20,077 bases of DNA, from NCBI GenBank assembly GCA_000182565.2, contig KQ257453.1. One strand, 5' to 3'. Positions 9,961-18,860 of this stretch are shown here, piece by piece (the first letter of the stretch is position 1; each line of letters opens with the position of its first letter). A program made the translations under genes and the position numbers. The DNA comes from Spizellomyces punctatus DAOM BR117. Its lineage: Eukaryota. The notes beneath the pieces are model-generated. The model was not told the DNA's origin, ran no database searches, and saw nothing but the letters and a program-made list of their open reading frames with translations.

Positions 9961-10493
9961 TATTGAAACTTAGCGCTTGGAACACTGATTTCCCGTGTAG
10001 AAATCACTTCTGAAAGACCTAGTAATGCCTGTGGCCGCTAGTAAGACTTCTGGGTGCAGTAACTTGTGGGATAACACGCTTGTATTAATCCAGAGACGTG
10101 CAAAAGCCTCCTTTATATAACCCAGTACATTCTCCAGCCTCCCTCCGCCTTTGTTTACTGTTTACATGCTTCAGCCCACTTGTTTACATGCTCAGCTGTG
10201 CTCAGCAGTGCTCAGCAGTGCTCAGCAGTGCTCAGCAGCTTCAGCCATGCCTTGGCAAACATTACCTGAAGATCTAGATCATCACAAACCTTCCAGACCT
10301 TCTAAGAGTGCTTACATGATGATTTACCCCTTTAAATCATTCCCACGCGCATCTGTGATCATTCTGATTACTCTAAGTCCAATTCCCCACGTTGTAACTT
10401 AGCCAGATCAGATGTGAACTGTCCAATGACATCCCAGCATGATCTCACATGATTTATAGATCATACAGCGTGGTTTAAGCCTGAATCTCAACA
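9961..10493 (-). repeat. Solo copia LTR (533 bp), antisense within copy B, no TSD
   Basis: Full LTR with 5 units of TGCTCAGCAG (10189-10238); flanks aaaag/atggg; no adjacent PBS or PPT. Confidence 0.93.
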
Positions 10494-12246
10494 ATGGGAA
10501 GGTGCATGCTGCACCACAGTGGACTCAGCTACAAGTTCTGGGGCGAGGCAATCATGACAGCGGTCTATCTCAGGAACAGGAGCCCCACTGCAGCACTCAG
10601 CAACCAATCAACACCATTTCAAGAGTTTACAGGTGGTAAATGAGATCTCCAGCACCTCAGAGTGTTTGGCTGCATGGCCTACACTCATATTCCAAAAGAA
10701 AAGCGGTCAAAACTTGATGAGAAGGCCAAGAAAGCAGTCATGGTCGGCTACAGCACTCAGAGTAAGGCCTACAGACTGTGGGTACCTGAAATGAACCAAG
10801 TTGTCATGTCAAGGGATGTCATCTTTGATGAAAACTTGATGTGGAGCACTCAGCAGCAACTGCAGAGTGTACCACAGCAAGACCAAGAGCTACAGATGCC
10901 TCTGGGAGGGGAGCCTTCGTTCTTGGATGACCAAGAAGGGCTAGGGATGGTTCAAGAGACTCAGAGACCATCTAGCATCACTCCAGACAACTCTTCAGCA
11001 TCAGAAGATGATGGGGACAACTTCCAGGATGCTGATGAAGTGCCAGAACTCAGCAGGAAGAGTGCCAGATTTGACAAACCACCGGGAGAATGGTGGATTG
11101 CAAAGCCAACTCAGTCAAATCTGGCTTTTGCCTTCACCATTGGGGAAGTTCCACAGGAAGAACCCAGCACTCTGGCTGAAGCTAGGACCAGACATGATGC
11201 CAAACAGTGGGAGGCAGCTGTCAAAGCAGAATATGACTCTCTGATGGAGAATCAGATGTGGGACTTAGTCAAACTACCACCAGGAAGATCCACAGTTGGC
11301 TGCAAGTGGGTTTTCAAGCTGAAACTCAAGTCAGATGGCACTACAAGGCCAGACTGGTAGCCAACGGATACTCCCAAGTTGAAGGACTGGACTACAAGGA
11401 GACATTTGCCCCAGTAGTCAAGTTTGCAACCATCAGGACGGTCCTGACACTAGCAGCCATGAAGGACATGGAGATTCACCAAATGGATGTCAAAACAGCA
11501 TTCTTGAATGGGACCATTGAGGAGGACATCTACATGGACCAACCAGAAGGCTTCACCATGGCAAATGGACTTGTCTGCAAGCTAAAGAAGAGTTTGTATG
11601 GGTTAAAGCAAGCTCCAAGAGCCTGGAACAAAGTCATTGATGGGCAACTCAAAGAACTTGGCTTTGAAAGGTGTGAATCAGACCACAGGCTGTACATCAA
11701 CAAGAAGATGGGCATCCACCTTATCCTTTATGTGGATGACCTTATTCTGGCATCAAAGGATGACCTGCAGTTGCTGCGACTCAAACAAGAACTCAAGAAG
11801 TGGTTCAAGATGGCAGATGTTGGACAACTAGAGCAGTTTCTGGGGAGCCAAGTAGTAAGGGACAGCAATAACAGGATAATCTGGCTATTACCACAACAGA
11901 ATGGCCAGGTGCTGACCCAGGCAATGTTACCACAAACTGAGGCAGAGCAGCAAGAACTGCATGGAGTTCCCTTCAGGACTGCAGTTGGGAGTCTCACTTA
12001 TGATTGCACAATGCTGGGTACCAGACCAGACATAGTAGTGGCAGTAGAATTAGTCAGCCAGTATCCATCAAACCCTGGACACCAGCACTGGATAACAGTC
12101 AAATGGAATATGTAGTACCTGAATGGCACCACACTTTAACAGGATGGCATTCAGACCAAGTGGGAGCTCTGTGTATACTCTGATGCAGCTTAGGGAAGTG
12201 ATTTGTGACTACTGGAAATCCACCACTGGGTGTTTAGTGAAGATTG
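10494..12246 (+). pseudogene. Disrupted copia pol (IN C-terminal half, RT, start of RNase H)
   Basis: Starts MGRCMLHHSG. In-frame TGA at 10641, ~10-bp frameshifting deletion near 11340, ~70-bp deletion near 11900 and stops after 12110. Confidence 0.9.
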
Positions 12247-12730
12247 TTGAAAGGCTATGTAGTTTTTTCTGGTAGGTATGTTAAGTTTAGTGATAGACAA
12301 AACTGGTCTAGATAGCAGGAATAATACTAATATAGTTATAGTATTAGTAAATATAGTATTAATACTATAATATAATATTAGTAAAATATTAAGTAGTTAC
12401 ATTGTATAGATTTTATATATATGTGGATAATAACTATAATATAATATCTTGTTCAAATAATATTATTGCTAATGGATCTGCCAACTTACTCCCAACTAGG
12501 TTGCAACAGCTTGAAAATAATTATAATATGCTAGGTAGTCTATTACAATGGGTAGCTATTATACTGTTCTATACAGTAGTTATAATTCACAGGGATTTTG
12601 GCTGTTGTAAAATACTGCATTTTTTTGCCTATAATTTACATGTAAGCTGCACCCCAGAAGTAATTATTCTGTGGCATGACTTTCTGTCATCTATGTTGGT
12701 GTTTTAGCTTTGGACTATTGGGAGTTTGCA
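12247..12730. other. AT/TpA-rich low-complexity spacer between the TE cluster and host genes
   Basis: Runs such as taatatagttatagtattagtaaatatagtattaatac; no CpG seen. Confidence 0.7.
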
Positions 12731-12857
12731 ACTAGAAATGGATTTCAAGGTACCAGTTCCCCTCGTTCATCGTTGCTCTTGCGTGTCCGAAGAGTCGGAC
12801 ATCGGCCAGTCTTCCCAACCTGATTTGTGGGCCAACAAGCCGATCTCACATTGAGCA

Positions 12858-15472
12858 ATGCTTGTAGGCCAACCTAGAACCCCTATACGACGAAGAAAAG
12901 GAAATTCGTTAGAATCGAGTCCCAATAGTCAGCCAAATGACTCGTTTCGTGAAGGCTTGGACAGTGCCAAGCTGCAACGTCGCCGGTCTGTGGTGGAGGA
13001 TCGTCTTCGTCGGGCCTCGGGCATTTTTTCTCCAGCGAGGAAGCCGGGTTCTGGCACCGTTACCCCTGCGCGGGCGAGGCTCTCTGACGATGAGGTCCGC
13101 CGCTCATTTGAGGAGTGGATGAAGATTGCTGCGGACAATGTAAAATTCTCTTTGATTGTGTGTTTTCAGCTTCGCAGCCTCCCTCACCACTGGGCTTCAG
13201 AAAATCAATGCCACCAATAGCTGGAATTTAGCTTTGATTGATTATTTCCATGATATGACCCTGCTTCGAGATGGAGATTCCATTAATTTTCAGAAAGCGT
13301 CGTGTACGCTTGATGGCTGCGTGAAGATATACACATCAAGAGTTGATTCAGTTGACTCGGAAACCAAGAAGCTTCTCAGCGGTCTAGTTGACACAGATAA
13401 AAGTATGCGAGTGAAAATGTAGAATATCTTCTGTAATTCCGTTACGAATCGTCTTACTCTGAAGCTATTTCAGGACCCGACGACGACGATTTAGAATCCG
13501 GGGAAGACGATGATCAGATGAACACCAAACCTTCAAAGAAAAGGGTATAGATCATTCCAAAATGCAAATCAGCAAAGAAATTGTGGAGATCTAAATATCT
13601 TTTCTTAGGCAAACCGAAGTGGGAATACCTTGGAAAGAGATATTAATAATCTAAACGTGAAGAAATTTGACCTAGAATTCATGGTTGATCCACTGTTCAA
13701 GAAAACCTCTGCTGATTTCGACGAAGGCGGTGCGCATGGTCTGCTGCTCAATCATCTCAGTATCTCCCCAGAGGGCAGGATGGTTTTCGATGCCGGAGAC
13801 GCTGACATGGCCTCACGTGTTGCTGCGCCGGAAACATTGAAAGAAGATGCAGCTCGAGAGTGCATCGACATCATTAAGCTGAAAGGTATAGGGCTACCGG
13901 ATAGGAGAACAGTACATCTATCATTCCCAATTGTTCATCTCTTCATGTAGCACGATTTTTAGATAATCTCACCGATATCTGGGACCAGGATGTTTGCAAC
14001 ACGTTAAAGAGCTTCGAATTTAGTTCATCCAGTGGCTCGTGGACGCCATTCCCAGAGAACAGTGCCTTTGACTTTGATTTTTCTACACCGGATGATGAAG
14101 CAGATCAGAGTAGCCCTTTCGATGATGAAAGGAGCCAGTCTATTTACGGAAATTATGAAGAGCGAGAGAGCTTCGCTGGTGTAATTGAGCAAGGAACTGG
14201 TGTGAGCTCTAGCGGTCCTCTCTCGGAGGCCGCTATTTTGATGACAATGGGGCGCGCAGATGATAACATATTTTCTTACTTCGACACGGCCATGGCCCGT
14301 AGCTGGGCAGGCCCTGAGCATTGGAGATCTCTTCCAGCCCAAAGTGCGTTTATACCTCCAAGGAACCCATTCGCCTTGGATTCACTTTCTCATGTCTGTT
14401 TTGTCTTTGGCAGGAGTCAAGGATTCCAAAGATCCCCCCGCAACGAAGCGCAAAAGAAAGAACGAGAATGTTTTGAACTTCATAGAGATCCAGGCAATGG
14501 GTGAAGATCGGCTTTTTGCTCCGACCGCTGCTTCCATAATATTGCCCAAGCAAACGGAGAGAAATAGATCCACCCGTTTGTTGCCTGATGATATGCACTT
14601 TTCTTCCAAGGATTTCTTGCAGTTATTCTTGAAAAGCCGATATAAGGTGCGCAGGCGTTTTCGTATAACTTGTAAAATGACGCGTCCAAACTAGACGGCT
14701 GCTATAGATAAAGTTTTATCGGAAAGATGGGACAATCACCAAAAGCTCCAACGAAGGTCAGTAGTTCATAGATGCTCTCATCGACAGGTGGTAAATTCAC
14801 GGAATTTGATAGATGGCCCTGTGGACGAACTTTTTTGGGCCGAGCACGATATTGAACCGAACGCATCCTCTACAGATGATCAAAGTATGTAATATAGTCG
14901 TTGAACAAGTTCGTGATACAGTAGGGCCTAAGACTGTCACTTCCTCATGAGTTCTCGCGTCGGATAATCCAGAGGGATCCGACGACGACGATGCCGACGA
15001 TGACGAGCTTGACGAGGACGTTTCTCTTTCCCAGACGGACCAAGCAACGACACTTGAATTCGGTGACCAACTTGTCGATCAGCCAAAGAAAGTAAAAGCT
15101 GTACCATTAAACTACGCTCGAGTGGCGAAGAAGGTGGATGTCAAGAAATTGAAAGAGAACATTTGGAAGGAACTTACACTGCACCAGCCAAGTGAACAGG
15201 TATTGCAAATTTTTCCCTGCCACGCACCGCCCATTGCTAAGGATATTTCATAATAGCGCCAATCAAACTCCCTGCACGCTACAGGGGCAACATCATTCAC
15301 AGATATTGTCCGTGGACTGGACAATTTCTACCCCGAGAAGAAAAGGAAGGACATATCTGTAGCCTTCTGCTTCATCTGTGTGCTACATCTGGCCAATGAG
15401 CAGAATTTGAAGGTTGTTGGAAATTCCGATCTGTGTAATTTACTGATAAGCCACGAGCCGGAACACGGTTGA
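12858..15472 (+). CDS. BRN1: Condensin I kleisin subunit (condensin complex subunit 2, Barren/CAP-H/Cnd2), 10 exons
   Basis: Motifs FEEWMKIAADNKINATNSWNLALIDYF, NFQKASCTLDGCVKIYTSRVDSV, VDPLFKKTSADFDEGGA, WAGPEHWR, LPDDMHF, NYARVAKKVDVKKLKENIW, DISVAFCFICVLHLANE. Frame-consistent GT-AG exons: 12858-13139, 13201-13402, 13474-13544, 13609-13885, 13951-14343, 14414-14646, 14708-14756, 14813-14884, 14973 (or 14952)-15199, 15257-15472. Confidence 0.93.
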
Positions 15473-15542
15473 GATGATGTTAACTATTGACAATATGAAT
15501 GTAAATCTTATCACTAAATTACGCCGCGACTATATATACACT

Positions 15543-18463
15543 TCACTCGCGACCTGCACGTATATCTTTTAGTCGAATGGCCACCGCATTTCGATGAGCT
15601 TCCAACCCTTCAACTTCCGCCAGCGTCGTCACTGTGTCACCCAACCTGTCTAAACCCTCGCGGGTCAGCATTTGGCTAGTGATATGTTTCACGAACGTGA
15701 GAGTATTGACGCCTGAGTACATTCGGGCATATCCATACGTCGGTAATGTATGATTGGTGCCTGACGCATAGTCTCCACAGCTGAAAATAAGAAATATCAG
15801 GTGTCTGGTTTCAATAAAGGGATTGTGATCTTAGCGTACCTTTCAGGTGAGTAGGGGCCGACGAAGACCGATCCGGCATTCTGCACTTGGTCTACCCAAT
15901 TCTCGGCTTCCTCAAGATGAAGAATTAGGTGTTCTGGTGCGTAACGGTTTGAGAAGTCCATCGCTTGCTCCATTGTGTCGACTCTCAAAATATAACTTTT
16001 TGGGATAGACTCCCTAACAATCGCTGCGCGAGGCAACGCTTCACCCTGGGTTTTCACTTCTCGTTCAATCGCTGCAACGTCGGCATCTGCGAGACCGACG
16101 GCAATCAAGACAACCTGACTATCTGCGCCGTGTTCTGCTTGGCTCAGCAAGTCGGACGCAACGTACGCGGGATTGCAGCTAGAGTCAGCAATGACCTACA
16201 AGATCGACGAGCGGTTCAACGACGCGTCGTGTCCGAGATGATATCATAGTGAACCTACCAAGAGTTCAGAGGGACCAGCCGGCATATCGATGGAAACCAT
16301 GGCTGAACTGTCGCTCTACATGTTTAGGCATATATTTAAAACTGCATGCTATGCACAAGCTATCGAAATTGCGGTCAACCTACCTGGGCTATCATCTTCG
16401 CTGCTGTTACGTATTGATTACCAGGACCGCATATCTTGTCGACTTTCGGCACACTGGCGGTACCATATGCCATGGCCGCAACAGCCTGAGCACCGCCAGC
16501 CACCACAACTGTTGAGGCTCCGATCTTATGTGCCACATATATTACTTCGGGCGCCACTGAGCCATCCTTGCGCGGAGGAGTCGCAATGACAATTTCTGAA
16601 CAACCCGCTACTTTTGCAGGGACACCCAACATGAGGGTACTGGACGGAAGCACAGCAGTTCCCCCGGGTACGTAAAGGCCGACTCGTTCAATGGGTCGGA
16701 AGAATCGGGTACACACGACTCCTGGCATTGTCTCCACTCGTAATACAGACCGGTCCAACTGAGCCTCATGGAATCGGCGAATATTCTCGTACGCTTGATC
16801 AATCGCTTGGCGCACATTTTGCGGCAATAGCATGGCTGTCGATGGGAAAGGTGCTTTCAGGACCGTGGAGGACAACTTTACCCCGTCAAACCGTTCGGTT
16901 AGATCAAAGATTGCCTCATCTCCTCGCTGGCGAACATCGGCCATAATGGGTCGTACACGCGCAATGATTTCCTCTGTTTTAATAATAGGTCGAAGTAACA
17001 GATTCCTTCGCTGCTCCGGTGTGGTTTCTGCGATGATGTACGTTTTCATCTTGATTTCCTTCTTTTCATCCTCTGCACGAGTTCCATTTCTCGGACTAAT
17101 GGGCTCTTGAAGACCATTTATTTCATCATGGCTAGCGCCGGTTTGCTTAGGTACGGGGCTACCATTGGATGCCTTCCCTGACATGTCCCATTTTGGCTTC
17201 GCGTTCCCCGGGCGACGACTCACTTTCCTTGCACGCCGATCAAGCTGTGCTTCAACATCAGCAAGGCTGACCCCCGCAGCTGTGCACTTGACCAGTGCAA
17301 AGTAGATGAGATCGGCCGTTTCCCAAGCAATATCTTCTGCAGACTTTGCGTTGCACAATTCTTCCGCCTCCTCCATAATCTTTGAGTGAAGAAGATCGCG
17401 ATCATCAAAAAGACGTCGCGTGTAAGACCCTGCAGGGGCTGTGGCTTTCCGACTACGGAGAGTGGCGGCTAAGTGACTTATACCAGAGTCTGGGCCAAAA
17501 CATGTCCTCGTGTTCCTGTGACAGAAACCTAGAAGAGGTCCTGCATGTGAGAAATATTCATTCAGTCCCGAGAGACATGTTGGTGGACATACCAGGATCA
17601 GTTTGCTTGACAATAAATTGAAGTGCGTCTTCGTCACAATCGTATGAGATTTTTAATAACTTTTGGGTTGCGCCCGATGATGCCCCTTTGTACCATAAAC
17701 CTCGTGTCCTGGACTGGTATACCCCCTGCCCGGTCCGCAGAGCGTGAGATATGCTCTCAACAGATGAGTAGCATAGTCCTAGTGCTACTCGCTGCTCGTC
17801 TACCACCACGGTAGGGAACAACCCATCGGATCGGTCCGATATCAGAACCGAAGCAAAGGCCTCACCGATATTGAGTTTGGTCGAGTCTCCCAAGTCAAAG
17901 GACAGTCCACTGGCTGGAGCCACCAAATCGATATTGAATTCATGAAGACGGCGAATCAGAGACACAGAGAGTCGCCCTCCCACTACTCTAACGAGGAGAT
18001 TACCATCTCCGATTGATTGTCGTATCTGCTTTGCTTTCTCCACAATTAGAGTTTCATCCAGATCAGGAGTAGCATCCACCTCCCATAGATAGCCAGAAGT
18101 AGCCGTTTTCCAATGTTCAACAATTTCCGACACTCTGACCTCCTTTGCTCCAGCGGGAATAGCCACTAATAATCGCTCGGCTGGTAACCCCTCGATAGCG
18201 GACCCGCAGCTCTCAACTTCATCAGCGGAGAAGGCGGGTAGTATAACTCTCCTTGCCCCATCATCTAAGAGCTGCTTCACCTTACGAGTATCGTTCTCGT
18301 TGGAAAGGTCCAAGATACAAGACGCCGTCTGCAGGACCGCCACAGGCAGCTCATCAACGTTTCCGGTAGGGAAGCTCAACAAGACGTCTCCAATCAAGTT
18401 TAGCCGGGACAGAATGGAGGGGCCTTCCCCCAATTCCCCAAACGTTAATTCCGGCACGATCAT
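15543..18463 (-). CDS. HIS4: Histidine biosynthesis trifunctional protein (PR-AMP cyclohydrolase / PR-ATP pyrophosphohydrolase / histidinol dehydrogenase), 5 exons
   Basis: [33 protein letters not shown] (HisI); [26 protein letters not shown] (HisE); [64 protein letters not shown] (HisD). Exons 18463-17593, 17528-16384, 16315-16259, 16195-15840, 15780-15543. Start taken as the ATG at 18463 (MIVPEL). Confidence 0.95.
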
Positions 18464-18534
18464 TGAGATTATTATCAATAATGCCTTCACAATGGAGTGA
18501 TGGTTTGTGAAACAGTTGATGGGATCAATCTAGG

Positions 18535-18543
18535 ATGAGTCAT
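18535..18543. promoter_or_regulatory. Gcn4/CpcA (AP-1-type) site ATGAGTCAT upstream of HIS4
   Basis: Exact optimal consensus ATGA(C/G)TCAT about 70 bp upstream of the HIS4 ATG; HIS4 is a classical Gcn4 target. Confidence 0.7.
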
Positions 18544-18762
18544 CTTGTTGCCATGACTGTCTTGTTTACGTTATCTTTTTGAAATGTAACATACGTGACA
18601 CTGTATATGACGGGAGAACCGAGCCTCAATGGAAGCTGCCAAGTCCATAATGACGCTTACCCCGGACGTTCAATTCACTCCTGCTGTGGGTGCTGGGGGT
18701 CATATTGGTATGTGCTGCAGCAATCTAAAAAGCCATTTGAACATTGATGGTTGACCAACCTC

Positions 18763-18780
18763 GAGTGTCACGTGACACTC
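18763..18780. promoter_or_regulatory. 18-bp perfect palindrome GAGTGTCACGTGACACTC with extended E-box GTCACGTGAC
   Basis: Directly visible, 80 bp upstream of the DUF676 ATG; partial copy ACGTGACACT at 18593-18602. Confidence 0.55.
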
Positions 18781-18860
18781 TGCACATGATGAATGATCCC
18801 ACGACTTGACAGGCAACGTGTTGATATGCGATAAAGTCTTTAACATATCCCGGCAACATA

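Larger units (their letters stand above)
9026..12246 (+). mobile_element. Copia copy B: decayed, internally deleted, interrupted by a solo LTR, 3'-truncated in RNase H
   Basis: 5' LTR 9026-9527, PBS 9528-9541, gag start 9708, pol remnant 10494-12246. No 3' LTR. Confidence 0.9.

Noticed and set aside
10189-10238. Short repeat array as CRISPR-like
   Set aside because: Head-to-tail 10-mers without spacers inside a eukaryotic LTR.
12402-12707. 101-aa ORF in the AT-rich spacer
   Set aside because: Low-complexity N/I/Y-rich translation, TTG start, no recognisable motif.
17880-18463. ~190-aa N-terminal extension of HIS4 as a novel fusion
   Set aside because: A poorly conserved N-terminal region before the HisI domain is a normal feature of fungal His4 proteins.
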